A model generated the notes under the pieces. The model saw only the letters and a program-made list of their open reading frames with translations, made no database searches and had not been told where the DNA came from. Shown here piece by piece: positions 1-10,410 of a stretch of DNA of 29,861 nucleotides. A program made the position numbers and the translations under genes. How positions within the stretch are numbered: the stretch's first letter is position 1; the number at the start of each line of letters is the position of its first letter. Source of the DNA: Phycisphaeraceae bacterium (lineage in GTDB: Bacteria > Planctomycetota > Phycisphaerae > Phycisphaerales > Zrk34); NCBI GenBank assembly GCA_040905565.1, contig JBBDRF010000014.1, forward strand, positions 1 through 29,861. Reading direction: 5' to 3'.

Positions 1-445
1 CGAAGACGAGGGTGCCGTCGACGATGCCCTGAACGTCGCAGATCATGCGGCGGGGACGGAACTGCTTCTCCCGCGCGACCATCACGAGTCGGCCGGGGGG
101 CGTCACCTGCGAACGGAACTTCACGTTGTCGCATCCGACGAACCCGATGAAGCCGGCTTCGGGACGCTTGAGTTTCATCAGGTATGCCGAGAACTGCGCC
201 GCGGCTTCGATCATCAGCACGCCCGGCAAAAGCGGCCGATCGGGAATGTGCCCGGGCACCCAGAACTCGTCGGGACGCACGTCTTTGTACCCCACGCCGA
301 TGTTCGCCTCGGCATCGAAGCTGACCACCGCGTCGAGGTGGCGCATGTCGCCCCGCTGCGGGTTCACCGCTTCGATCTCTTCGACCCCCGCAATGGGGTT
401 GTCAAAGTCAACCTGCTCAAGATCGATAAAAAACGTAGACGCCAT
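1..445 (-). CDS. fabZ: FabZ/FabA-like 3-hydroxyacyl-ACP dehydratase (3' end truncated by window start)
   Basis: Not in the ORF track. Hand translation from ATG 445 (GGAG RBS upstream): MASTFFIDLEQVDFDNPIAGVEEIEAVNPQRGDMRHLD...EFWVPGHIPDRPLLPGVLMIEAAAQ...VKFRSQVTP. The GHxP..P..PGVL.IEA.AQ motif retains the catalytic His and Glu. Confidence 0.85.
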   Translation of the reverse strand, partial: MASTFFIDLEQVDFDNPIAGVEEIEAVNPQRGDMRHLDAVVSFDAEANIGVGYKDVRPDEFWVPGHIPDRPLLPGVLMIEAAAQFSAYLMKLKRPEAGFIGFVGCDNVKFRSQVTPPGRLVMVAREKQFRPRRMICDVQGIVDGTLVF

Positions 446-608
446 CGGGCGAATCTCTCCAGTGCTGCAAGGTCACCCAGTGCGCAGCCATCTTGTGACG
501 AGATGGGGAACAGCCATGCGGGCACAATCTCCCGCGACGCTGGTGCGTTGTCGCATCGCCGTCACTCAGCGACACCATTGCCACAAATTGCTGACGAAAC
601 GGCGACGA

Positions 609-782
609 TCAGTCGCTGCCGCGGAGGTCCAGGACCTTCTGACGCACAGCCTGAGCCGCAGCCTTGATGTCCTGCATGTGCTTACGGACACGTGTGCCCG
701 CGGCCTTATTGCCTGCTTCCGCCTTCTCGAGGTCGGCTTCGGCTGCTTCGACGGTGGATTTTAGTTGCTCAAATTCCTGCAT
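609..782 (-). CDS. Histone H1-like Hc1-family small protein (57 aa)
   Basis: MQEFEQLKSTVEAAEADLEKAEAGNKAAGTRVRKHMQDIKAAAQAVRQKV; GNKAAGTRVRK is the Hc1-family motif. GGAG RBS precedes ATG 782. Confidence 0.8.
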   Translation of the reverse strand: MQEFEQLKSTVEAAEADLEKAEAGNKAAGTRVRKHMQDIKAAAQAVRQKVLDLRGSD

Positions 783-852
783 GATCAGCTCCTGTTGCTC
801 CCCCCCTGAGAGGTAAAGGCTACTTTGCTCGCGCCGCCGTGGCAAGCGGCAC

Positions 853-1407
853 TCAACGGATGATCGGCAGCAGTGCTTTGAACACCGGCGTGCCCGCTTC
901 GCCCGCCATCTCCAACAGCGCCATTTCGACGCTTACCGGCGCCACGCCGCCCGTCACCATCCGCTGCATCGCGAGATCCCGATCGGTCGCCCGTCGTGAG
1001 CTTACCGCATCGCCTACGACGAAGGGCACCAGCCCGCGCTGCTGCAAATCGATCGCTGTCTGCAGGACGCAGACGTGCGTTTCGATCCCGCAGATCAGCA
1101 CCTTTGTCCGGTTCAGCTCAACCAGCTTCCGATGCACCGCGTCGACGCATGCGGAGAACTTCATCTTCTCCACCATCTGTACGTTTGTCTCAGCCAGCGC
1201 TTGCGAAACCGGCTCGACCGTCTGCCCCAGCCCGGCAGGGTACTGCTCCGTGGCGAGCACCGGCACGCCCAGCACACCGCAGCCACGAATCAGCCGAATC
1301 GTCTGGGCCTGCACCTGCTCGTGGTCTTCAACCAACGGCATCAGCTTCTGCTGAAGATCGACAACCAGCAGGGCTGTCCGGTCACGTTCGAGTCGCGGCA
1401 TCGGCAT
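853..1407 (-). CDS. Isochorismatase-family cysteine hydrolase (YcaC/ISOC-like)
   Basis: VVDLQ, TEQYP, EKMKFS and GIETHVCV motifs give the Asp-Lys-Cys triad. GGAG RBS 8 nt before ATG 1407. Confidence 0.9.
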   Translation of the reverse strand: MPMPRLERDRTALLVVDLQQKLMPLVEDHEQVQAQTIRLIRGCGVLGVPVLATEQYPAGLGQTVEPVSQALAETNVQMVEKMKFSACVDAVHRKLVELNRTKVLICGIETHVCVLQTAIDLQQRGLVPFVVGDAVSSRRATDRDLAMQRMVTGGVAPVSVEMALLEMAGEAGTPVFKALLPIIR

Positions 1408-1425
1408 GGAGCACACTCCGAAAAC

Positions 1426-2670
1426 TCAGGGGCCCTGGAAGTGGGCGGGTCGCTTCTCGACGAACGCCGCGATGCCCTCTTTGGCATCCGGCAGCGCGAG
1501 ACAGCGGATGTAGGCATCGGTATCGGCGCGGTAAGCAACCTTCGGCTGGTTGCCCTGGTCGAGATGGAACAATCGCTTGGTCTGCCGCAGCGCCTCGGCC
1601 GGCGTGCGTAGAAGCTGGTCAGCGAGTTCGCGCACCTCGGGCATCAGCCGATTCTGCGTGACGACCCGGTTCACGAGCCCGATCTGCCTGGCTTCGTCGG
1701 CGTTGATCGGCGTGCCCGTCGTGCACAGCTCGATCGCTTTGGCTTTGCCGACCAGGTGCGTGAGCTGCGCGATGCCGTACCCCGGGGGCCAGCCCAGCAG
1801 CACTTCAGGCATGGCGAAGCTGGCCGACTGCGAGGCCAGCCGCATGTCACATGAATAGGCAGCGACGCATCCGCCGCCGAACGCCTGGCCGTTGACCGCG
1901 GCGATGAACACCTGCGGCAGCTGCTCGATCGCCAGGTACATGCGTGCCTGCCGCAGGCTGAGCAGCTCCGCTTCCTGAAGATCGAGCGTGCCGACTTCTT
2001 TCACGTCATCGCCGGCACAAAACGCCCGCCCCGCGCCGGTCATAATCACCACACGCACTTCCGGATGCCCCGCCAGCCAGGCGAAAAGCTTCTCCATGTC
2101 GCCCGTCATCTGCCGATCCACCGCGTTCAGCTTGCCCGGCCGATTCAGCGTGACCGTCGCCACACCACCATCAAGCTGTACAGCAAGCGTCGGAAAAGTC
2201 GGCAGGCTTCCGGTATCAGGGCGAAGGTGCATGGGCCAAACAACTCCAGTCGGCAAAGCAGCCGTTTTGTCAGTCAAACGCTCGCGGAACTTGTCGACAC
2301 GGATGATCGCCCGGCGGTGCGTCCCCTTGCCGATCGGCTCCGCGCCGTCGAACGCTTCGATGTCGAAATCGACCACCTTCCCCTTCACAGCCGTGACGGT
2401 GGCAACGGCCTGCACGTCGGCGCCAAGCGGCGTCGCGGCGGTGTGCGCGATGTCCACGGTCATGCCGACCGACTCTTCGTTGGCTTCGAGGAAGGGATGC
2501 AACGCTTCGCGCGCGGCGTGTTCCATCAGGTTGATCATGTTCGGCGTCGAGAAGACGACCGCTCCCGATTCGCCGGCGGCCTGCCCTGCCGCATTCAGGT
2601 GAATCGTGTGCTCGGGCCCTACCGTTAACGCCAATTCACCACGCTGCCCTGTTGTTAATCCGTCGCGCAT
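1426..2670 (-). CDS. Fusion of FlK-like hotdog thioesterase (N-term) and enoyl-CoA hydratase/isomerase (crotonase) domain (C-term)
   Basis: N-term VFSTPNMINLMEHAA, IAHTAATPLG, GTHRRAII. C-term TLNRPGKLNA, AFCAGDD, AVNGQAFGGG, FAMPEVLLG, EGIAAFVEKRPAHF. Confidence 0.88.
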   Translation of the reverse strand: MRDGLTTGQRGELALTVGPEHTIHLNAAGQAAGESGAVVFSTPNMINLMEHAAREALHPFLEANEESVGMTVDIAHTAATPLGADVQAVATVTAVKGKVVDFDIEAFDGAEPIGKGTHRRAIIRVDKFRERLTDKTAALPTGVVWPMHLRPDTGSLPTFPTLAVQLDGGVATVTLNRPGKLNAVDRQMTGDMEKLFAWLAGHPEVRVVIMTGAGRAFCAGDDVKEVGTLDLQEAELLSLRQARMYLAIEQLPQVFIAAVNGQAFGGGCVAAYSCDMRLASQSASFAMPEVLLGWPPGYGIAQLTHLVGKAKAIELCTTGTPINADEARQIGLVNRVVTQNRLMPEVRELADQLLRTPAEALRQTKRLFHLDQGNQPKVAYRADTDAYIRCLALPDAKEGIAAFVEKRPAHFQGP

Positions 2671-2677
2671 GGCGAGC

Positions 2678-2686
2678 AGTATAACA
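2678..2686 (-). promoter_or_regulatory. Extended -10 promoter (TGTTATACT), probable leaderless transcript
   Basis: TGnTATACT lies 7 nt before ATG 2670 with no SD. Confidence 0.55.
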
Positions 2687-2755
2687 GGTGCGCGCCCAAT
2701 CTCAGGCGGAACCGGCGGCGCGTCGTGCAGCGGCTATTGCGCGCCGAGTCGGCGC

Positions 2756-2796
2756 AAGAAAAAACCCCGGGGACGCGTGGCGCATCGTCCGCGGGG
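2756..2796 (-). terminator. Rho-independent terminator after mlaD
   Basis: Minus strand CCCCGCGGACG-loop-CGTCCCCGGGG (10/11 pairs) followed by TTTTTTCTT. Confidence 0.75.
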
Positions 2797-2840
2797 CATT
2801 GGTCAGAGCGAACATCTTTGCTGCTCTCGTTGTGATTGTT

Positions 2841-4184
2841 CTACTTTGAAGGCATCTCGTCCAGCGCTTCCCAGAATTTATTTTCCGCATCGTCGAATTT
2901 CTCGAAGACGCGCTGCAGATTCTCAAGGATCAACTGCACGTTGGCATCATCCTGATCGAGCGTGCCGCGCCGATCAACGATCGCCTGCAGGCTGTCGGCT
3001 GTGGCGTTCAAAGTGCTTGCTGCAAGGGCGAAACTGCGTGCGGCATCGTAGACGTTGTCGGTGTTGAGCTCTTCATCGGTCGGCTCATAAAGCAGACGCC
3101 ACGGGGCGCGACGCACTTCGACCGCGGTGAGTTTCAATTGATCGCTGACGATGCGTGCGTTGGCGATGGTGCGCTCAAGCACGGGGCGTTGCGCGGCCAT
3201 GAAGCCTTGCGTGTCTTCGGTCACGACGCGGATGTTTTCGACGGCGACCTTCGCTTCGTCGAGCATCGCGGTGATCTGCGTCAGCGTTTGGTCCCGCACC
3301 TGGTCGGTGATCTGCTCAGCATTGGCCATGGTGGCTGCGGCACGCTGCACTGCCTCCGCCAGCGGTTCGCGGTTTTCGTCAAGCATGCCGTTAACCATGG
3401 CGAGCGCTCCGTCGATCCGTTCGACGCCGTCCATCGCGCTGGCCAGCAGCGTGTCGATGCCCTCGAGCCAGGTGCCGTAGCGTTCGCGCACGTCGGCGGT
3501 GACATGTTGCAAGTCGCCGGTGCTTGAGCGGAGGTTCGCTGCGATCTCGGGCAGATCATCGGCAAGCGTGCCTGTCGCCTGTTGCAGGTTCGCGATGATC
3601 TCGGCGACGGGCGCGGGGTCAGAGCCCACGGCTGCGACGAGCTGATCAAGATTCGCGATGATGTTCTGAATCTGCCGGCGCTGGAGGTCTTCGATACCCA
3701 GTTCGCGGACGGCTGCCGCGACGGCTTCGTTGCCCGCCATGCCGCCTGCGATCGGCGGGTCGATGCCGTGCTCGTAGGCAGAGCCTTCGCCGTTCGCCGT
3801 GGCACCGGCCTGCTCACCGCCGAACGATCGAATGTTCAGCCGTGTGCCGCCGCCGATCAGCGGCTCCTGCAGTTCGATGCGTGCGTTTTCATACACGGTG
3901 TAGTCCGCGGGAATGACGAACTCCACGATCTGCGCGATTACAACCTGGTCTTCAACGGCATCACGGATGTCGATGACGGTGCCGCGTGTGGAGCCGCCGA
4001 TGTCGACCGGCGCTCCGACCTGCAAGCCCTTCACGCCGTCGCTGAGGGTGAAGCGGACGGAGACGCTTTGCATGGGCGTGAACAGTCGGTTCCAGTCCGC
4101 CAGCAGCGCCACGACCGCCAGCGCCAGTGCGATGCCGGCGAGCACGAAGGCCCCCGCTGCGAAATTATTACGCTCTGTCTTCAT
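2841..4184 (-). CDS. MCE/MlaD-family protein with long helical C-terminus
   Basis: N-terminal TM (AGAFVLAGIALALAVVALL), MCE motif GVKGLQVGAPVDIGGSTRGTV, long heptad-rich helical region ending RRAPWRLL. ATG 4184 chosen as start. Confidence 0.8.
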   Translation of the reverse strand: MKTERNNFAAGAFVLAGIALALAVVALLADWNRLFTPMQSVSVRFTLSDGVKGLQVGAPVDIGGSTRGTVIDIRDAVEDQVVIAQIVEFVIPADYTVYENARIELQEPLIGGGTRLNIRSFGGEQAGATANGEGSAYEHGIDPPIAGGMAGNEAVAAAVRELGIEDLQRRQIQNIIANLDQLVAAVGSDPAPVAEIIANLQQATGTLADDLPEIAANLRSSTGDLQHVTADVRERYGTWLEGIDTLLASAMDGVERIDGALAMVNGMLDENREPLAEAVQRAAATMANAEQITDQVRDQTLTQITAMLDEAKVAVENIRVVTEDTQGFMAAQRPVLERTIANARIVSDQLKLTAVEVRRAPWRLLYEPTDEELNTDNVYDAARSFALAASTLNATADSLQAIVDRRGTLDQDDANVQLILENLQRVFEKFDDAENKFWEALDEMPSK

Positions 4185-4229
4185 AGCCGCTGTTCTCGGT
4201 TTCTCTGCTTGCAAGCAAGGCGTGGGGGT

Positions 4230-5105
4230 TCATCGTCGACTGGGCATCACGGACGGATCGCGCATCATCGGGACGCCCGGGTCGCTGAGCAAATCTTCCG
4301 CATAGTTCGAGCCGAGTTTGCGCCGGGTGATCGGGCCTTCCGGATCGCCGCGCAGGAATTGGCGGATCAACCCTTCGCGATCATCAAGCTCCGCTTCGCT
4401 GTCACGCAGTTGCTCGAACCACGCACGATCCTCCACCGCCAGCACCTGCCCTTTGTCCAGCATCACCATGCGGTCGGCGATGGCGAACGCGGAATCCATC
4501 TCATGCGTGACGACGACGCTGGTCACATGCAGTTTGCTGGAGAGGTTGATAATCAGCTGGTCGATCTCGGCACTGGTCACCGGATCCAGGCCCGCGCTAG
4601 GCTCATCGTAAAACAGGATCTGTGGATCGAGCGCGAGCGCCCTTGCGAGCCCGGCCCGCTTCTTCATGCCGCCGGATATCTGAGCGGGGTACTTGTCCGC
4701 ATGTTCGCGCAGGCCGACGAGTTCGAGCTTGATCTTGACCATGATGTCGATCGTGGCCGGGTCGAGTTCGGTATGCTCGGTCAACGGCAGGGCCACGTTC
4801 TCCGCAATGGTCATCGACTGGAACAGGGCACCGCTCTGAAAGAGGATGCCGAACTTCCGTCGCAGGGCATTGAGGCCGGGCTCTGCGAGTTGGGTGACAT
4901 CTTCGCCCCAGAGCTTGATCGCCCCGCTGTCGGGCGTGATCGCGCCGATGATCATGCGCAGCAGCGTGCTTTTGCCGCAGCCTGAGCCGCCCATGATGAC
5001 CATGGTCTGGCCGCGTTGGACATCGAAGGTGACACCGTTGAGCACAACGTGCCCGGCGAAACTCTTGACGACCTGATCGAGCGAGATGACCGGCTCTTCT
5101 GACAC
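4230..5105 (-). CDS. mlaF: MlaF/Mkl-type ABC transporter ATP-binding protein
   Basis: Walker A GGSGCGKS, LFQSGALF, ISGGMKKRAGLARALALDP, FYDEPSAGLDP, VVVTH. Likely start is GTG 5105. Confidence 0.9.
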   Translation of the reverse strand: MSEEPVISLDQVVKSFAGHVVLNGVTFDVQRGQTMVIMGGSGCGKSTLLRMIIGAITPDSGAIKLWGEDVTQLAEPGLNALRRKFGILFQSGALFQSMTIAENVALPLTEHTELDPATIDIMVKIKLELVGLREHADKYPAQISGGMKKRAGLARALALDPQILFYDEPSAGLDPVTSAEIDQLIINLSSKLHVTSVVVTHEMDSAFAIADRMVMLDKGQVLAVEDRAWFEQLRDSEAELDDREGLIRQFLRGDPEGPITRRKLGSNYAEDLLSDPGVPMMRDPSVMPSRR

Positions 5106-5111
5106 GCTGCC

Positions 5112-5120
5112 AATGTACCA
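5112..5120 (-). promoter_or_regulatory. Extended -10 promoter (TGGTACATT), probable leaderless mlaF transcript
   Basis: TGnTAnnnT lies 6 nt before GTG 5105 with no SD. Confidence 0.45.
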
Positions 5121-5271
5121 GCCGCAAGGGCTCAGCCCAACCTCATCACGCCGACGCCCGCTTTGCACGATCACATGGCAGTTCTAACGCGATCCACTAA
5201 GCGCCAGACTTGGCGGGACCATCATTATTCGGTATCTTGGAGGGTTCCGCTCACCACGAGGAATCTACCTT

Positions 5272-6240
5272 ATGCCACGCGTGCTGCTTACAACCACCAG
5301 CTATCAGGACACGCCCGGCGAGCACCATCGGTTGCTCGAGAGCAGCGGCTTCGAAGTCGTCCGTGCCCGGGGGCCGCTCAACGAACAGCAGATGCTCGAG
5401 TTGATCGCCAGCGAAGGCCCGTTCGATGCCACGCTCAACGGCGACGATGCCTTCACCCCCGCCGTCATCGACGCCCTGCTGCCGCAGATCCGCTGCATCG
5501 CAAAATACGGCATCGGGCTCGATTCAATCGACGTCAATTACGCCACCTCGAAAAAGCTGCCCGTCCTCTTTACGCCCGGCGTCAATCACACCACCGTCGC
5601 TGAGCATGCGTTCGGATTGATGATCGCCGTCGCCAAGCACTTCGTGCCGCACCTTCGGGCTGCCAAGGCCGGGCAGTGGAAGCGGACGACCGGCAACGAA
5701 CTGGCGGGCAAAACGCTGGGCGTGCTCGGCATGGGCCGCATCGGCAAGGAAGTGATCAAGCGGGCGGCAGCGTTCGACATGAAGACGATCGCCTTCGATC
5801 TTTACTGGGACGGCGCGTTCGCCTGGAAATACAAGGTTCAGCGGGGCCAATCGGTCGAAGAGGTCACGCAGGCAGCGGACGTGCTTTCGCTGCACATGAA
5901 CCTCGACGACACCAACCGCCACTTCCTGAACGCTCAGCAGATCGCTGCGATGCGTGACAACGCCATCATCATTAACACCGCCCGCGGGGGTCTGGTCGAC
6001 GAAAACGCGATCGCCGACGCCTGCCGCTCGGGCAAACTCGGCGGCTACGGCACCGACGTGCTCGAACACGAACCAATGCAGACGCCTCATCCATTCCAGG
6101 ACGTCGACAACATCGTCGTCACGCCCCACGTCGCCAGCCGCACGTTTGAGAGCGTCGAACGCCAGGCCGTGCGGGCGACGAAGAACGTCGTCAACTTCCT
6201 GAAAGGCGAGAGCGACTTCATTCAGGCGAACAAGTTTTAG
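5272..6240 (+). CDS. D-isomer-specific 2-hydroxyacid dehydrogenase (phosphoglycerate dehydrogenase-like, no ACT domain)
   Basis: GVLGMGRIG Rossmann motif, INTARGGLVDE, DVLEHEP, TPHVAS. Confidence 0.92.
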   Translation: MPRVLLTTTSYQDTPGEHHRLLESSGFEVVRARGPLNEQQMLELIASEGPFDATLNGDDAFTPAVIDALLPQIRCIAKYGIGLDSIDVNYATSKKLPVLFTPGVNHTTVAEHAFGLMIAVAKHFVPHLRAAKAGQWKRTTGNELAGKTLGVLGMGRIGKEVIKRAAAFDMKTIAFDLYWDGAFAWKYKVQRGQSVEEVTQAADVLSLHMNLDDTNRHFLNAQQIAAMRDNAIIINTARGGLVDENAIADACRSGKLGGYGTDVLEHEPMQTPHPFQDVDNIVVTPHVASRTFESVERQAVRATKNVVNFLKGESDFIQANKF

Positions 6241-6282
6241 AATGTGCGATGTGTGAGGTATGAGGTTTGATTTGAGGAGCGG
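6238..6282 (+). repeat. Left arm: degenerate heptamer array (TGA[T/G]GTN), inverted partner of 6661-6705
   Basis: GAATGTG CGATGTG TGAGGTA TGAGGTT TGATTTG AGGAGCGG. 34/45 identical to the reverse complement of 6661-6705 by hand alignment. Confidence 0.85.
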
Positions 6283-6284
6283 TC

Positions 6285-6650
6285 GTGGATGCTGACGCGA
6301 TGCGGCAACGCACGAAGCTTTTCGCCCTTCGCATCCTTAGGCTGGTCAAGAGCATGCCGCGGAGCGTGGAAGCGAGGGCGATCGCCCAGCAGATCGTTCG
6401 GAGCGGCACCTCGATCGGCGCCAACTATCGTTCAGCGTGCCGGGGTCGATCGCGAGCCGAGTTCGCTGCAAAACTCGCCATTGCGCTGGAGGAGGCCGAC
6501 GAAACGGCATGGTGGCTGGAACTGATCATCGAAGGCGAAATCCTCACCGCCAACCGCGTTCAGCCACTGCTGACCGAAGCGAACGAACTGACCGCCATCC
6601 TCAGCGCCGCGAGGCAGACAACCCGCCGCAACACGCCGAACCTAAAATAG
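6285..6650 (+). CDS. Four-helix-bundle protein (23S rRNA IVP / bAvd-like family)
   Basis: [17 protein letters not shown]...[45 protein letters not shown] is the family signature. GAGGAG SD before GTG. Confidence 0.92.
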   Translation: MDADAMRQRTKLFALRILRLVKSMPRSVEARAIAQQIVRSGTSIGANYRSACRGRSRAEFAAKLAIALEEADETAWWLELIIEGEILTANRVQPLLTEANELTAILSAARQTTRRNTPNLK

Positions 6651-6660
6651 CACCCGCTCC

Positions 6661-6705
6661 CCGCTTTCCAAATTACACCTCATACATCACACTTCATACA
6701 TACAA
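6661..6705 (-). repeat. Right arm: degenerate heptamer array, inverted partner of 6238-6282
   Basis: Plus strand CCGCTTTC CAAATTA CACCTCA TACATCA CACTTCA TACATAC AA. Confidence 0.85.
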
Positions 6706-6711
6706 GCATCA

Positions 6712-8259
<1,548 letters not shown>

Positions 8260-8262
8260 CAG

Positions 8263-9261
8263 ATGGCAGTCAAGACAGCGACAGCCGTGCGAGTCGATCC
8301 CTTCTTCGTGATCGGCTACAAGCGTTCGGGCACCACGATGACGCGGCTGATGTTGAACGCGCACCCCGACCTTGCCGTACCCCCCGAGTCCGAATACTTC
8401 CTTCGGATACCTCAGGCCATCGGGAATCGTCGGCACGGGGCCGATGACCTGGAAAAACTGACTCGGCGTATCAGCCAACTCCCACGGAGCAATTTCAAGA
8501 ATCAACTCGACGAAGACGCCGTCCGCGACGCGCTTCACGCCGTGCTGCCGGCTGATACGCCAACCATCGTGGCGTGCCTTTATCAACAGTGGGCGACAAT
8601 CATCGGAAAACCTCACGCAAGATGGGGCGACAAGAAGCCTCACCACTGGCAGTACATTTACAAGCTTTCGTCGCTCTACCCAGCCAGTCAGTACATCCAC
8701 ATCATGCGTGATCCGCGAGATGTAGTTGCCTCCGTTGAAGAACATTTCCCCGAGCAAGTGCGAGGCCGCGGGGTTTTACCGTCTCACATCATCACCGCCT
8801 GGCAGTGGCGACTGGCCAACCTCGAAACGCTGCGGTGTGGCGAATCGCTCGGCCCCGAACGCTACATGCGCGCCAGGTACGAGGACACGGTCAGCGAACC
8901 CGAACAGCATGCGCGAAATTTCTGCGACTTTCTCAACGTGGACTTCAACGATGCGATGCTAGAGTTCCACCAGAGTGCCAGCGACCCCCGAATCGAGGGT
9001 GCCAAGACGTCCAGCGGTCCGCACCAGAATACGACGCGACAGGTTCACACCGAACGCATCGGGCGAAGCCAGTCTTCTCTAGAACCAGCGGCGCTCGCCG
9101 ATATCGAGTTCATTGCCGGCGATCTCTTTGCCCGATTCGGATGGGATCGCCAACACGATGTCACCCGCAGCCGCGGCGTCTACCTTCGAGGTGTTTGCAC
9201 AGCACTGAACCAGGCATGGAACGTCCTCCGTGCCTCCCGCCGTCTTAGAGGCGGCTACTAG
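8263..9261 (+). CDS. PAPS-dependent sulfotransferase family protein
   Basis: 5'-PSB loop GYKRSGTT, WGDKKP, 3'-PB motif RDPRDVVAS, RYEDTV. Confidence 0.88.
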   Translation: MAVKTATAVRVDPFFVIGYKRSGTTMTRLMLNAHPDLAVPPESEYFLRIPQAIGNRRHGADDLEKLTRRISQLPRSNFKNQLDEDAVRDALHAVLPADTPTIVACLYQQWATIIGKPHARWGDKKPHHWQYIYKLSSLYPASQYIHIMRDPRDVVASVEEHFPEQVRGRGVLPSHIITAWQWRLANLETLRCGESLGPERYMRARYEDTVSEPEQHARNFCDFLNVDFNDAMLEFHQSASDPRIEGAKTSSGPHQNTTRQVHTERIGRSQSSLEPAALADIEFIAGDLFARFGWDRQHDVTRSRGVYLRGVCTALNQAWNVLRASRRLRGGY

Positions 9262-9286
9262 AAGCTCGTGAAAGTAGGATCTTGAT

Positions 9287-10384
9287 ATGTCCACCCAATT
9301 CGTGATGCCCGTTGAAATGCACGACGATCTCGTCGCCGCGGCTTACCGCAAGCGTGGCTACAGCGTCAGCGAAGCGGCGCAGGGGGCACGCTTCTGTCGC
9401 CTTGCTGCCTGGCACGGCATCCGCACGCACAACGCGCTCAAGGCTTTGCACCTCGATGAGATGTTCGGCTCCACCGTCGGCGGCTGCGTGCCCGGCACCG
9501 TGATCGACAAGCTCGATTCCAAGTTCGACGCCGTGCAGCGCTGGGACGCGAACCGCAAGCTCGGGCAGGCTGTCGCTTTTGAAGCGATGGACGCCTGCAT
9601 GAAGATGGCGGACAAATTCGGCGTCGGGGTGGTCGCGGTCGACAACGCGTTCCACTATCTCTGGGGCGGCGGGTACGTCATCGACGCGGCGAAGAAAGGC
9701 TACATCGCCTACACCGCCTGTACCGCCGCGCTTGCCGAGGTCGTGCCCTTTGGCGGCAAGCACCCCACACTCGGCACCAACCCGCATTCATGGGCATTCC
9801 CCACGACCGACGCGGTCGGCTTCCCCATCTGTGTCGACTGGGCGACCAGCACCGTCGCGATGGGCCGGGTTCAGCAGTTCGCGCGCGAGGGCAAGCAGCT
9901 GCCGCCGAATGCCGCCGTTGATGCCGAGGGGAATCCGACGACCGACCCCAATCGCGTCGCCGCCCTGATGCCGTTCGGCGCTCACAAAGGTTACGGCCTC
10001 GCGCTGATCGACGAACTGCTCGGCGCGTACATGGGCGGGTCGCTGCCGACGCTCCGCAACCGCTGGAGCGAAGGCGTCCCTGAAGAAAAGCACACCGCCA
10101 ACTTCATCTTCCAGTGCATCCATCCTGACGCCATCTCGGTGCAGTTCGCTCAGGGCCGATCGCAGGATGAGAACGTCAAAGCAGTCCTCGACGACATCCT
10201 CGGCCACGGCAATGAGGACTGCCTGTTGCCCGGCCAGATCGAAGCCCAAGCTGCGAAACTCAGCGAACAGCACGACGGCCTGCTCTTCTCCGCTGCGGAG
10301 ATTGAGGGCTTTAAGCAGATGGCCGCCGAGGCGGAATTCGCCTTCGATTCCGAGAAGCTCCGCGAGACGACCGTCGAAGTGTGA
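9287..10384 (+). CDS. Ldh_2-family (malate/L-lactate/sulfolactate/ureidoglycolate-type) oxidoreductase
   Basis: HGIRTHN, GVVAVDNAFHY, VVPFGG...LGTNPHSWAFP, DWATSTVAMG, HKGYGLAL, LPGQIE. Confidence 0.88.
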   Translation: MSTQFVMPVEMHDDLVAAAYRKRGYSVSEAAQGARFCRLAAWHGIRTHNALKALHLDEMFGSTVGGCVPGTVIDKLDSKFDAVQRWDANRKLGQAVAFEAMDACMKMADKFGVGVVAVDNAFHYLWGGGYVIDAAKKGYIAYTACTAALAEVVPFGGKHPTLGTNPHSWAFPTTDAVGFPICVDWATSTVAMGRVQQFAREGKQLPPNAAVDAEGNPTTDPNRVAALMPFGAHKGYGLALIDELLGAYMGGSLPTLRNRWSEGVPEEKHTANFIFQCIHPDAISVQFAQGRSQDENVKAVLDDILGHGNEDCLLPGQIEAQAAKLSEQHDGLLFSAAEIEGFKQMAAEAEFAFDSEKLRETTVEV

Positions 10385-10410
10385 TGCTTGCCGCTTTGAA
10401 GGAGCGAACG

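Noticed and set aside
446..608. Several small hairpins and a GG-N10-GC motif upstream of fabZ (riboswitch or sigma54 promoter)
   Set aside because: Short GC-rich stems are expected by chance, no riboswitch consensus was recognised, and the sigma54 match is weak.
45..764. Plus-strand ORFs 45-764 and 248-667
   Set aside because: Shadows of the minus-strand fabZ-like and Hc1-like genes.
6285..6650. Diversity-generating retroelement (Avd-like gene) or 23S rRNA intervening sequence
   Set aside because: No reverse transcriptase, no TR/VR pair and no rRNA sequence in the window; the flanks are protein-coding genes.
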